64,000 nt of DNA from an uncultured Spirochaetales bacterium (GTDB lineage: Bacteria; Myxococcota_A; UBA9160; SMWR01), in the NCBI GenBank assembly GCA_964624475.1, contig CAZUYC010000015.1:9124-73123 (forward strand). Direction: 5' to 3'. The notes beneath the pieces were generated by a model. It made no database searches. It was not told the origin of the DNA and was given only the letters and a program-made list of their open reading frames with translations. Numbering within the stretch: position 1 is the stretch's first letter; each line of letters begins with the position of its first letter. Position numbers and translations under genes: made by a program. Shown one piece after another: positions 32,983-42,261 of this stretch.

Positions 32983-33998
32983 CGACCGCGGTCGGCCTTG
33001 CGGGGGTCCCGAGCGTCGTGGTCGTAGTACTCGTAGGCCGACATCGCCCGGCCGCGCGTCGAGCGCCAGGCCCGCTCGTCCTCGGGGAGCTTGCCCAGGG
33101 CGCGCGCCATCGCTCGCACGTGGGAGGCGACCGAGCCGCAGCAGGAGCCGATGAACTCGACGCCCAGCTCGCGCGCCCGAAGCGCGTAGTCGGCCATCTC
33201 GGCCCGGGAGAGCTGGAGCGGCTCGAGCCCATGCGGGAACTCGGGCAGGGCGGTGAAGTCGTGGACGTGCTCCGGGGTCCTGTAGGCGACGGGCTGGCAG
33301 GCCACGTACCCGTCGACCGCGGCCCTCACCTCCTCCATGAGCGGGAGCGTCGCGGCCGGGTTGCGCAGGCAGTTGATCCCCACGATCTCGGCGCCGGCGC
33401 CGGCGAGCCGACGCGCGCACTCCGCGGGGCCGTAGCCCTCGTACGACTTCGGCTCCTGCTCGAAGCTCATGGTCACCATCGCCACCTTGCCCGCCGCCTT
33501 GATCCTCTCGACCGCGAGCAGCGCTTCGCCGAGCGCGCCGAAGGTCTCGCCGATCACCAGGTCGATCCCCTCGTCGACCTGCCAGCCGAGCTGGCGGTCG
33601 AAGAGCTCTCGGACGCGGTCGGCCGAGCGCGCATCGGCCGGGTCGTACATCCAGGTGAGCGAGATGTTCCCGGCCACCAGGGCGTCGCTGCCGGCGGCCA
33701 CCTCGTTGGCGATGCGCACCGCCGCCCGGTTGATCTCCTCGACCTTGCCCGCCATCCCGACGGTCGCCAGCTTGTCGTCGCTGGCATAGAACGTGAGCGT
33801 CGTCAGCACCTCGGCGCCGGCACGCAGGAATTCCCGGTGCAGCTCCGCCACCGCCTCCGGATGGCGAATGCAGACCTCCGGAGTGAAGGGGCCCGCCTGC
33901 ACCCAGCCCCTCTTCTCCAGCTCGAGCAGATAGCCGCCGTCTCCGAGCACCGGACCCTCCGACAGCCTCTGGAGGATGTCCTTCTTCATCTCACTCAT
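32979..33998 (-). CDS. bhmt: Betaine-homocysteine S-methyltransferase-like (homocysteine S-methyltransferase family)
   Basis: ATG 33998 with GGAGG upstream. MSEMKKDILQRLSEGPVLGDGGYLLELEKRGWVQAGPFTPEVCIRHPEAVAELHREFLRAGAEVLTTLTFYAS closely follows the BHMT N-terminal pattern. The zinc-site Cys pair is present in ..FIGSCCG... Confidence 0.8.
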   Translation of the reverse strand: MSEMKKDILQRLSEGPVLGDGGYLLELEKRGWVQAGPFTPEVCIRHPEAVAELHREFLRAGAEVLTTLTFYASDDKLATVGMAGKVEEINRAAVRIANEVAAGSDALVAGNISLTWMYDPADARSADRVRELFDRQLGWQVDEGIDLVIGETFGALGEALLAVERIKAAGKVAMVTMSFEQEPKSYEGYGPAECARRLAGAGAEIVGINCLRNPAATLPLMEEVRAAVDGYVACQPVAYRTPEHVHDFTALPEFPHGLEPLQLSRAEMADYALRARELGVEFIGSCCGSVASHVRAMARALGKLPEDERAWRSTRGRAMSAYEYYDHDARDPRKADRGR

Positions 33999-34042
33999 CT
34001 CATTCCTCCCCGGCCTCCCTCGTGCGGCGAGTAGCGAGGTCA

Positions 34043-34094
34043 GGCCCGCTGACTCCGCTCGCCTGCGGCTCGCTGCGCGCTCCGCTTGCGGCGG
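34043..34094 (+). repeat. REP-like intergenic element, copy B
   Basis: GGCCCGctgaCTCCGCTCGcctgcggCTCGCTGCGCGctccgcTTGCggcgg, lying between the D-aminoacylase stop and the bhmt start. Confidence 0.55.
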
Positions 34095-34123
34095 CGTCCC
34101 GCGATCGCGCAACGCGCCTTATA

Positions 34124-35677
34124 TCACGGCCCCCTTCCTGCTTCCATCCCCGCGTCGACCGTCGGCTGTCTGCGGATCACCCGACCGGGCAGGCGGCCGG
34201 TCGTCCGGCCGTTCTCGTAGACGATCTCGCCGTTCACCCAGACCGTGTGGATCCCGACGGAGAGGGCGTGCGGTGCCTCGGGTGTGGCCCGGTCCAGCAC
34301 GCGGCTCGGATCGAAGAGGACCAGGTCGGCCGCCATCCCGGGAGCGATCGCACCGCGATCCCGGATTCCCACGTGGGCCGCCGCGAGCTGGCTCGCCTTG
34401 TGGACGGCGGTGGCGAGATCCAGGATCCGGCGCTCTCGCACGTAGCGCCCGAGAACGCGCGGATAGGAGCCGAATCCGCGCGGGTGGGACCCGGCGAGCG
34501 AGCCGTCCGTGCACAGGTTGGTGTGCGGCCAGCGCATGAGACGTTCGATGTCCGCCTCCTGCATGCTCGTGGCGATGACCGTCTCGACCTCCTCCTCCCC
34601 CGTCTCCTTCCGGAAGGCCTCGGCCTCGCGGATCAGCTCGACGAGCGTCGTCGCCGGATCGACGCCCCGCATCTCCGCCACTTCGCGCAGCGTCCTTCCC
34701 ACGTAGGCGGGATTGGGCTCGTACTCGCCCAGATAGGCCTGGTCCGGAGTGGTGATCTCGGAGAGGGCGAACGCCGCGGCCTCCAGATCCTCGAAGTTCC
34801 GGTCGGGAAAGAGCACGCTGAGGGTCGATTCCCAATAGGTGTAGGGATAGATGTCGGCCGTGACGTCTACCCCCGCCTCCCGCGCCTCGTCGAGGATCCG
34901 GATCAGATTCTCCGCCTTGCCGAGATTCCGGCGCAGGGCGAGCTTGATGTGCGAGATCTGCACCGGGATCGCGGCCTCGCGTCCGATGCGGAGGATCTCC
35001 TCGATCGCGTCCCAGAAACGGCGATCCTCGCTCCGGATGTGGCTGATGTAGCGCCCCCCGGCCCCGGCGGCCTCGCGCGCCAGCGCGAGCACCTCCTCGG
35101 TAGTGGAGTAGATCCCCGGGTCGTACTCCAGGCCCGTGGCCAGACCGAGCGCGCCCGCCGCCATCTCGCTCCGCAGCAGCGCGCGCATCCGATCGATCTC
35201 GTCCGACGCAGCCGGGCGCCGGAACTCCTCGCCCAGGACCCGCTGCCGGATCGTCCCGAAGCCGGCGTAGGAGGCGACGTTGATCGCGGCGCCCTCCCGC
35301 TCCAGTCGGAGGAAGAAGTCCTCCAGCGGGTAGGGCGACTCGCCGTCCTGCCCGACGATCACGCTGGTGATCCCCTGGCTGACCGCGGCCAGGGCCTCGG
35401 GATGCTCCGGGAGATCGGCGTCCGCATGGCTGTGGGTGTCGATCCAGCCGGGTGCCAGGGTCCGTCCGCCCGCGTCGACGAGCGAGTCCCGAGGCGACGT
35501 CTCGATGGATCCCACCGCGGCGATGCGGTCGCCGACGATGCGCACCGACGCGGGGCGGGGCGGTGCCCCGGTTCCGTCGAGGACGCTCGCGTTCACGATC
35601 AGCGTCGAGCGCGTGCCGTCCGCGGCCCCGGCACAGGCGGTCAGCACCAGGATCGAGAGGAGCGCGCTGGGTCTCAC
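34124..35677 (-). CDS. N-acyl-D-amino-acid deacylase (D-aminoacylase) family amidohydrolase, lipoprotein
   Basis: GTG 35677 overlaps the upstream stop (GTGA at 35674-77). Lipobox LLSILVLTAC. Motifs ..GWIDTHSHAD.., ..GRYISHIRSE.., ..VQISHIK.., ..CTDGS... Confidence 0.85.
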   Translation of the reverse strand: MRPSALLSILVLTACAGAADGTRSTLIVNASVLDGTGAPPRPASVRIVGDRIAAVGSIETSPRDSLVDAGGRTLAPGWIDTHSHADADLPEHPEALAAVSQGITSVIVGQDGESPYPLEDFFLRLEREGAAINVASYAGFGTIRQRVLGEEFRRPAASDEIDRMRALLRSEMAAGALGLATGLEYDPGIYSTTEEVLALAREAAGAGGRYISHIRSEDRRFWDAIEEILRIGREAAIPVQISHIKLALRRNLGKAENLIRILDEAREAGVDVTADIYPYTYWESTLSVLFPDRNFEDLEAAAFALSEITTPDQAYLGEYEPNPAYVGRTLREVAEMRGVDPATTLVELIREAEAFRKETGEEEVETVIATSMQEADIERLMRWPHTNLCTDGSLAGSHPRGFGSYPRVLGRYVRERRILDLATAVHKASQLAAAHVGIRDRGAIAPGMAADLVLFDPSRVLDRATPEAPHALSVGIHTVWVNGEIVYENGRTTGRLPGRVIRRQPTVDAGMEAGRGP

Positions 35678-37827
35678 TTGGCCCCGGCCGTGCGCTCTCC
35701 CTTCAGATACCTGCCGAACCAGGCCAGGTAGCGCCCGCTCAGGTCCCTGGCGTGCGACGGGGTGTCGATGCCGTGAGACTCGTCCGGGTAGACCACCAGC
35801 TCGCTGGGCACGCCCCGCAGCTTGAGCGCCAGGAAGAGCTGCTCCGAGTTGATGATGGGGACGTTCCAGTCCTCCTTGCCACCCAGAATCAAGGTAGGCG
35901 TCACGACCCGCTCGACCCGGTTGAAGGGCGAGAGCTTCTCGTAGAGCTGCCGGCCCTCGGGCGTCCAGGGCAGGCCGAGCTCGTCGACCCACCAGCGCTG
36001 GTAGTGGTCGTGGCCGAAGTTCGTCACGTAGAGCGTGGCGCTCGCGCCGGTGGCCGCCGCCTTGAAGCGCTCGGTCCGCGTGATGACGTGATTGGTGAGC
36101 ATGCCCCCGTAGGACCAGCCGGTGACGCCGAGGCGCTCGGAGTCGGCCCAGCCTTGGTTGACGACGTAATCCACCGCGGCCAGCACGTCCTCGTAGTCCC
36201 GCTCGCCCCAGGCCTGCCAGATCGCCAGGCAGAAGTCCTGGCCGTATCCGGTGGAGCCCCTGGGATTGGGCATGACGACGACGTATCCGTTCGCGGCGTA
36301 GAGCTGGCCCTCGAAATTGAAGCTCCAGTCGTGCTGTGCCTGGGGTCCGCCGTGGATCAACAGGATGCCCGGGTAGCGGCGGCCGGAGGAGAAGCCCGGC
36401 GGCTTGATGACGAAGGCCTCGATCTCGGTGCCGTCCCGGCTGGGGAAGCGGATCTCCGCCACCTCGCCGAGGCGGAGGGAAGCCAGCACTTCGTCGTTCA
36501 CGTGGGATCGCCGCTCGAGCTTGCCATCGGCGAGCAGGAAGACCTCGCCCGGCAGATGGGGCTCGGAGACCAGGGCGGCGATCGCGCCGGACGGACCCTG
36601 ATCGAAGGCGCTCACCATGCGAGAACCGTCGACCAGTCGGACGAGCTCGCCTCCGGACGGGGAGACGCGAGCCAGGTTCTGCTCGCCGCTGTCCTCGAGG
36701 AGGAAGGTGATCGAATCCCCGCGCCTGGAGAATCGGGGCTGGGAGATCATGCGGTCGAGATCCTGGGTCAGCAGCTTCGAATCGCCGCCCGCCGGCGAGG
36801 AGATCGCCAGATGGTAGGTGGCGTAGAGGGCGGTGCTGTCCGTCTCCGTGTTCGACGTATGCGCGATGAGCTTGCCGTCGGGGCTCCAGCTCGGTGCGGC
36901 GTCGGATCCGGGATTGCTCGTGACCCGGAGCAGGCGGGCTCCCCGATCGCCCTTGTCGGCATCCACCACCCAGATGTCGGTGTTGTAGTTGGCATCGGGG
37001 TCGTCCGTGCGATTGCTGACGAAGGCGATCCGGGTGCCGTCCGGCGACCAGGCGGGCTGCGAGCTCTCGCAGCCGGGAAGGGTGGACTCGCAGTAGTCGT
37101 CGAAGTCGCCCGATGTGATCTGCTGGATCTTCTTCGTGGCCAACTCGAGGACGTAGAGGTGGTTGCGGCGGCTGTCGAGGTAGCCGACGTAGTCCTGCTT
37201 GAACTGCCGGCGGGTCACGACCCAGGGCGGCGGCGTCTTCTTCTCGTACTCCTCGCCCTTCTCCTCGGCCTGCTGGGCTTCGAGCTCCTCGGGCCTGGGA
37301 TCCTTCAGGACCAGGAGCATTCGCTTGCCGTCCGGCGACCACTCGAAGAACTCGACCTTCTGCGCCGTGTCGGTGAGCTGGACGGCCTCGCCGCCCTCCC
37401 GAAAGAGGGTCCAGACCTGTCTCTTTTCCTCCGCGTCCTCGTCCTCGCCTGCGCCCCGGGAGCTCAGAAAGGCCAGGTACCGGCCATCGGGGCTCCAGCG
37501 GGGAGAGGAGGAGTCCTCGTCCTTCGCGGACAGGGGGAGCGCCTCGCCGCCGCCGGCCGGCACCATCCAGATCCGGGTCTTCGATTCGTCCTCCTTCAGG
37601 TCCTGGGTCGCGACGGTGTAGGCGACCCAGCGACCGTCCGGTGAGATCCGCGGGTCTCCCACCTGCCGGAGGGCGAACTGGTCGTCCACCGCGAGCAGGC
37701 GGCGTTCGCTGCCGGCAGCGGCGGCACGAGATGCCGTCGCCGAGAGCGCCGACCAGACGCCGTAAAACAGGCCGCAGAGCAGGGCAGGCGCCGCGAGTCC
37801 CAGCAATGCCCTGCGTTCGGTTCTCAC
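35674..37827 (-). CDS. S9-family serine peptidase with TolB-like propeller (acylaminoacyl-/prolyl-oligopeptidase type)
   Basis: 717-aa ORF with an N-terminal signal or anchor. Blades ISPDGRWVAYT, WSPDGRYLAFL, WSPDGKRMLLV, WSPDGTRIAFV, WSPDGKLIAHT. GWSYGGM nucleophile and ..YPDESHGI.. His. Confidence 0.9.
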   Translation of the reverse strand: MRTERRALLGLAAPALLCGLFYGVWSALSATASRAAAAGSERRLLAVDDQFALRQVGDPRISPDGRWVAYTVATQDLKEDESKTRIWMVPAGGGEALPLSAKDEDSSSPRWSPDGRYLAFLSSRGAGEDEDAEEKRQVWTLFREGGEAVQLTDTAQKVEFFEWSPDGKRMLLVLKDPRPEELEAQQAEEKGEEYEKKTPPPWVVTRRQFKQDYVGYLDSRRNHLYVLELATKKIQQITSGDFDDYCESTLPGCESSQPAWSPDGTRIAFVSNRTDDPDANYNTDIWVVDADKGDRGARLLRVTSNPGSDAAPSWSPDGKLIAHTSNTETDSTALYATYHLAISSPAGGDSKLLTQDLDRMISQPRFSRRGDSITFLLEDSGEQNLARVSPSGGELVRLVDGSRMVSAFDQGPSGAIAALVSEPHLPGEVFLLADGKLERRSHVNDEVLASLRLGEVAEIRFPSRDGTEIEAFVIKPPGFSSGRRYPGILLIHGGPQAQHDWSFNFEGQLYAANGYVVVMPNPRGSTGYGQDFCLAIWQAWGERDYEDVLAAVDYVVNQGWADSERLGVTGWSYGGMLTNHVITRTERFKAAATGASATLYVTNFGHDHYQRWWVDELGLPWTPEGRQLYEKLSPFNRVERVVTPTLILGGKEDWNVPIINSEQLFLALKLRGVPSELVVYPDESHGIDTPSHARDLSGRYLAWFGRYLKGERTAGAK

Positions 37828-37974
37828 GAGGGGTCCCTCCTGGATGGTCGCCGTGGGCCGGCGCTAGCATACTGCGAGCCAGCCCCCCGTGGACCCACGG
37901 TCCGGGGATCTCAGGCAGCCGACCGCACCGGCCGAAGGGATGCGCGGGGGCGCTATCCTGCTGCGGGGGCCGAC

Positions 37975-39411
37975 ATGAGCGATAGCGTGGCGAGAGTACA
38001 CGTCGGGGGCACACCGACGAACGTGCGTCCCAAGCGCGAGCTGGGCAGGGTCCAGGCCGCGGAGCAGCCCTTCGAGTACCCGCTCCGGCGCGAGTACGTC
38101 GAGCCGGACTGGACGCGCCTGCCCGGCTTCGCGGAGGTGACGAAGCCGGACTGGGAGTCGGCCCAGTGGCAGCGGAAGCACACGGTGAAGAACCTCGCCG
38201 AGCTCAAGCGGGCGCTCGGGCACCACCTGGGCGACGATCTCTACGCCGACATCGAACGCGACCAGCGGGAGCGCGCCACGATGTCGATGCTGATCCCCCC
38301 CCACATGATCAACACGATGGACGAGCGCGACCTGCGCGGCGACCCCGTCCGTCTCTACATGGCGCCGGCCTTCAGCGACCGGGACCCCGAGTGGCCGAGC
38401 CACCCGATGGCGAGCCGCGACTCGCTGCACGAGGCCGACATGTGGGCCGTGGAAGGGCTCACCCACCGCTACCCCACCAAGGTCCTCGCCGAGATGATCC
38501 CGACCTGCCCGCAGTACTGCGGGCACTGCACGCGGATGGATCTCGTCGGCAACGACACCTCGCAGGTCCTCAAGTACAAGTTCGAGCGCAAGCAGCAGGA
38601 CCGCTGGGACGCGATGCTCGACTACCTGGCCCGGACCCCGTCCGTTCGCGACGTGGTGGTGTCGGGCGGCGACGTCGCGAACGTGCCGATCAAGCGCCTG
38701 CAGGAGTGGCTGTTCAAGCTGATGGACCTGCCGAACATCCGCGACGTGCGCCTGGCGACCAAGGGGGTGATGGGCATCCCCCAGCACTTCCTCCAGGACG
38801 AGGTGCTCGCGGGCTACGAGGCCATCGCGAAGCGCGCTCGCGAGCGCGAGATCGAGATCGCGATCCACGCGCACGTGAACTCGGCGCAGCAGGTGACGCC
38901 GCTCTTCGGAAGGGCCGTGCGGGCCCTCCTCGACATGGGCTACCGCGCCGTCCGCAACCAGGGCGTGCTGCTGCGCGGAGTCAACACGACGCCGAACCAG
39001 CTCCTCGAGCTGTGCTTCATGCTGATGGACCACGCGAAGGTGGTCCCCTACTACTTCTACCTCTGCGACATGATCCCGAACGCCGAGCACTGGCGGCTCG
39101 CGCTCTGGGAGGCGCAGGAGCTGCAGATGGCGATCATGGGCTATCTGCCGGGCTTCACGACGCCGAGGTTCATCTGCGACGTCGCGTTCGTCGGCAAGCG
39201 CTGGGTCCACATGGTGAACTCGTACGACCGGGTGAACGGCATCTCGTACTGGCGGAAGAACTACCGCACGGGCATCGAGCACGACGATCCGGAGGCCCTC
39301 TCCCGCGAGTACCCGGCGTACGACCCGATCTCCACCCTGCCCGACGCGGGCAAGGAGTACTGGCGGCGCTACCTCGGCGAGCAGGGCGGCAAACGAGCCG
39401 AGTCGGCTTGA
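37975..39411 (+). CDS. kamA: Lysine 2,3-aminomutase (KamA-family radical SAM/PLP enzyme, long form)
   Basis: 478-aa ORF. CPQYCGHCTR is the CxxxCxxC cluster motif in the KamA context (..GLTHRYPTKVL..), together with ..VVVSGGD... The Asp residues in LCD and ICD align with the epsilon-amino-binding Asp residues of clostridial KamA (QCD, VVD). Confidence 0.85.
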   Translation: MSDSVARVHVGGTPTNVRPKRELGRVQAAEQPFEYPLRREYVEPDWTRLPGFAEVTKPDWESAQWQRKHTVKNLAELKRALGHHLGDDLYADIERDQRERATMSMLIPPHMINTMDERDLRGDPVRLYMAPAFSDRDPEWPSHPMASRDSLHEADMWAVEGLTHRYPTKVLAEMIPTCPQYCGHCTRMDLVGNDTSQVLKYKFERKQQDRWDAMLDYLARTPSVRDVVVSGGDVANVPIKRLQEWLFKLMDLPNIRDVRLATKGVMGIPQHFLQDEVLAGYEAIAKRAREREIEIAIHAHVNSAQQVTPLFGRAVRALLDMGYRAVRNQGVLLRGVNTTPNQLLELCFMLMDHAKVVPYYFYLCDMIPNAEHWRLALWEAQELQMAIMGYLPGFTTPRFICDVAFVGKRWVHMVNSYDRVNGISYWRKNYRTGIEHDDPEALSREYPAYDPISTLPDAGKEYWRRYLGEQGGKRAESA

Positions 39412-39431
39412 GGAGCAGGGAGACCCGCCTC

Positions 39432-40823
39432 ATGCCCACGCAGGAATCCCTGGAGTCCTCCGCGGCGTCCGTCATGCCGCCCCCGTATCCGGGCGAGTAC
39501 CCCAAGATCGTGGTCTCGCCGCCGGGCCCGAAGGCCAGGGCGTGGAACGCCCGGGACCGGAAGGTCGTCTCACAGAACCTGACGCCGGACTACGAGCTGG
39601 TCGTCGACCGCGCCTCGGGGATGGTGGTCGAGGACCTGGACGGAAACCGCTACCTCGACTTCGCGGCCGGCATCTCCACCGCGTCCACCGGGCACTGCCA
39701 TCCCGAGGTGGTGAAGGCGATCCAGCAGCAGGCCGAGCGCCTGCTCCACATCTGCTACACCGACTTCCACTACCCGGCCTACATCGAGCTCTGCGAGACG
39801 CTCGCGCAGCTGGCGCCGATGTCCGGGCGCAAGCGCGTATTCCTGTCGAACTCCGGGGCGGAGGCGGTGGAGACGGCGATCAAGCTGGCGCGCGTCCGCA
39901 CCGGCCGGCAGAAGATCGTCGCGTTCTACGGCGCCTTCCATGGCCGCACGCTGGGCACGCTGACGCTCACCGCCAGCAAGCCGGTGCAGCGGATCGGGTA
40001 CGGGCCGCTGCTGCCGGAGGTCTACCACACCCACTTCTCGTACTGTTATCGCTGCCCGGTCAACCGGAAGCCGGACTCCTGTGACGTCCAGTGCCTCGAC
40101 CTGCTGACCGACTCGATGTTCCAGCACACGGTCCCCCCGCAGGAGGTCGCGGCCGTGCTGGTGGAGCCCGTGCAGGGAGAGGGAGGCTTCATCCCTCCGC
40201 ACCCTGAATTCCTACCCCGCCTGCAGACCCTCTGCCGCGAGCACGGCATCCTGCTGATCGCGGACGAGGTGCAGTGCGGCATGGGCCGCACCGGCAAGCT
40301 CTTCGCCTCCGAGCACTTCGGGCTCGACCCGGACATCTTCATCCTGGCCAAGGGGATCGCGTCGGGACTGCCGATCTCGGCCGTGATCGCGCGGGACGAG
40401 GTGATGAAGTGGAACGACGGGGGTCACGGCAGCACCTTCGGCGGCAACCCGCTGTCCTGTCAGGCGGCGCTGGCCACGCTGCGGCTCTTGCGCGGCGGTC
40501 TGATCGACAATGCAGGCCGGGTCGGAGCGGGGCTGCTCGCGAAGCTGCGCGGACTCATGGACCGGCATACGCTGATCGGCGACGTGCGCGGCATCGGCCT
40601 CATGATCGGGATCGAGATCGTGCGCGATCGCGATACGAGGGTGGCGGCACCGGACGAGCGCCAACGCATCGTCCGCCGGGCGTTCGAGCGGGGCCTGCTC
40701 ACGCTCCCGTGCGGGAAGTCGACGATCCGCCTCTCCCCGCCGCTGATCTGCACCGACTCCGATGCGGACAAGGCGGTATCGATTCTCGACGAGGTGCTGA
40801 CCGAGATCAGCGCCGAGCGCTGA
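39432..40823 (+). CDS. Class-III (GabT/ornithine/omega-type) PLP aminotransferase
   Basis: ATG 39432 in frame within ORF 38166..40823, 20 nt after the kamA stop. Motifs ..SNSGAEAVE.., ..FHGRT.., ..[15 protein letters not shown].., ..ILAKGIASG.. (PLP Lys), ..STFGGNP... Confidence 0.9.
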   Translation: MPTQESLESSAASVMPPPYPGEYPKIVVSPPGPKARAWNARDRKVVSQNLTPDYELVVDRASGMVVEDLDGNRYLDFAAGISTASTGHCHPEVVKAIQQQAERLLHICYTDFHYPAYIELCETLAQLAPMSGRKRVFLSNSGAEAVETAIKLARVRTGRQKIVAFYGAFHGRTLGTLTLTASKPVQRIGYGPLLPEVYHTHFSYCYRCPVNRKPDSCDVQCLDLLTDSMFQHTVPPQEVAAVLVEPVQGEGGFIPPHPEFLPRLQTLCREHGILLIADEVQCGMGRTGKLFASEHFGLDPDIFILAKGIASGLPISAVIARDEVMKWNDGGHGSTFGGNPLSCQAALATLRLLRGGLIDNAGRVGAGLLAKLRGLMDRHTLIGDVRGIGLMIGIEIVRDRDTRVAAPDERQRIVRRAFERGLLTLPCGKSTIRLSPPLICTDSDADKAVSILDEVLTEISAER

Positions 40824-40830
40824 GCGCGGC

Positions 40831-40846
40831 GCCGAGCCGGCTCGGC
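40831..40846. terminator. Perfect 16-nt GC palindrome after the aminotransferase stop
   Basis: gccgagccggctcggc lies 8 nt after TGA 40821-23, between convergent operons. There is no U-run. Confidence 0.3.
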
Positions 40847-40847
40847 C

Positions 40848-40903
40848 GGCCCGAGAACTCCGCTCGGCTTCGCCTCGCTGCGCGCGCGCTCCGCGCGCTT
40901 GCC
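40848..40903 (+). repeat. REP-like intergenic element, copy C (best-preserved)
   Basis: GGCCCGagaaCTCCGCTCGgcttcgcCTCGCTGCGCG, then hairpin gcgcgcg-ctc-cgcgcgc, then TTGCC. Confidence 0.6.
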
Positions 40904-40904
40904 G

Positions 40905-42254
40905 TCACTTCGGGAGATTCTCCACGAACCTCGCCGAGGTCGAGGCGCGGACCTGCTCCAGGCCGACGCCGGGCATCAGCTCGATCAGGCAGAGCTCGCC
41001 CCGATCGAAGGAGAACACCGCGAGTTCCGTGATGACCATGTCGACCGCGTTGCGGGCCGTGAGCGGCAGATCGCATTCGGAGACCAGCTTCGGGCTCCCG
41101 TCGGGGTTGGTGTGGGTCATGGTGATGATGAGCCGCTTGGCTCCCGAGGCCAGGTCCATCGCGCCGCCGACGCCGAGCAGCGGCTTCCCCGGCACCGCCC
41201 AGTTCGCCAGGTTCGCGCCTGCATCCACCTGTAGTCCGCCCATGATGGCCACGTCCACGTGGCCGCCGCGGATCATGGCGAAGGAATCCGCGCTGTCGAA
41301 GTAGCTGGCTCCCGGCAGCGCGGTGACCGGGATCTTGCCGGCGTTCACCGGGTACTCCATCGCCCCGCCCTCCGCGGGCGCGGGGCCCACGCCCAGCATT
41401 CCGTTCTCGCTGTGCAGGATGATCCCGTGCTCTGGCGTGATCAGATCGGCCACCAGGGTGGGAATGCCGACTCCGAGGTTCACCACGTCACCGCTGCGGA
41501 GCTCGGCCAGCGCGCGGCGGGCCATGTTCATGCGCGCCGGATCCACCTTCCTGCCGCTCGACGCCACCGAGGCGGAGGAGCCCAGCTCCTCGAGGGTCAT
41601 GCGGGCCTGGACCAGATAATCCACGTAGCAGCCCGGGGTGTGGACGTGGTTGGGATCGATCTCGCCCAGCGGCACGATCGTCTCCACTTCGGCGATGACC
41701 AGGTCGGCCGCCGTCGCCATCGCCTTGTTGAAGTTCTGCTCGGTCATCCGGTAGACCAGGTTGCCGGCGGTATCGGCCTTCCAGGCGCGCAGGAAGGCCA
41801 CGTGGCCGCGCAGCCCCGGCACGAACACGTGCGGCTTGCCGCAGAGGATCCTCGTCTCCGCCTTCTCGGCGATGACCGTCCCGACCGAGGTCGGGGTGAA
41901 GAATCCACCGATCCCCGCGCCGCCCGCGCGCAGCGCCTCGGCCAGCGAGCCCTGGGGCAGGAGCTCCACCTCCAGGGTCCCCCGCTGTGCCGCCGCCACG
42001 GCCTCGGGATTGCTGGTGAAGAACGAGCCGATCGCCTTCTTGATCTGTCCGCTGCGCAGGAGCCGTCCACCGCCCAGCCCGACCTCGCCCACGTTGTTGG
42101 CGATGTAGACGAGCTCCCGCACGCCGGTCTCGGCCAGCGCGTGCAGGAGGTGGACCGGGTTCCCGGTCATGCCGAAGCCGCCGACCAGGATCGTGTCGCC
42201 GGTCTTGACCATGGCCACGGCCTGCTCGAGGGAGATCTGGGGAACTCGTTTCAC
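40905..42254 (-). CDS. 3-oxoacid CoA-transferase, fused A+B subunits
   Basis: GTG 42254, 7 nt after the thiolase stop. The N-terminal half has ..[15 protein letters not shown].. (subunit A). The C-terminal half has ..[10 protein letters not shown].. (SENG catalytic Glu, subunit B). Confidence 0.85.
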   Translation of the reverse strand: MKRVPQISLEQAVAMVKTGDTILVGGFGMTGNPVHLLHALAETGVRELVYIANNVGEVGLGGGRLLRSGQIKKAIGSFFTSNPEAVAAAQRGTLEVELLPQGSLAEALRAGGAGIGGFFTPTSVGTVIAEKAETRILCGKPHVFVPGLRGHVAFLRAWKADTAGNLVYRMTEQNFNKAMATAADLVIAEVETIVPLGEIDPNHVHTPGCYVDYLVQARMTLEELGSSASVASSGRKVDPARMNMARRALAELRSGDVVNLGVGIPTLVADLITPEHGIILHSENGMLGVGPAPAEGGAMEYPVNAGKIPVTALPGASYFDSADSFAMIRGGHVDVAIMGGLQVDAGANLANWAVPGKPLLGVGGAMDLASGAKRLIITMTHTNPDGSPKLVSECDLPLTARNAVDMVITELAVFSFDRGELCLIELMPGVGLEQVRASTSARFVENLPK

Positions 42255-42261
42255 GCTGGGT

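Noticed and set aside
34124-38014. Single 1296-aa minus-strand ORF suggesting one giant protein.
   Set aside because: Only its C-terminal ~517 aa (from GTG 35677) read as a protein (D-aminoacylase). The rest is out of frame with the genuine S9 peptidase ORF 35674..37827, and the two real genes meet at a GTGA overlap.
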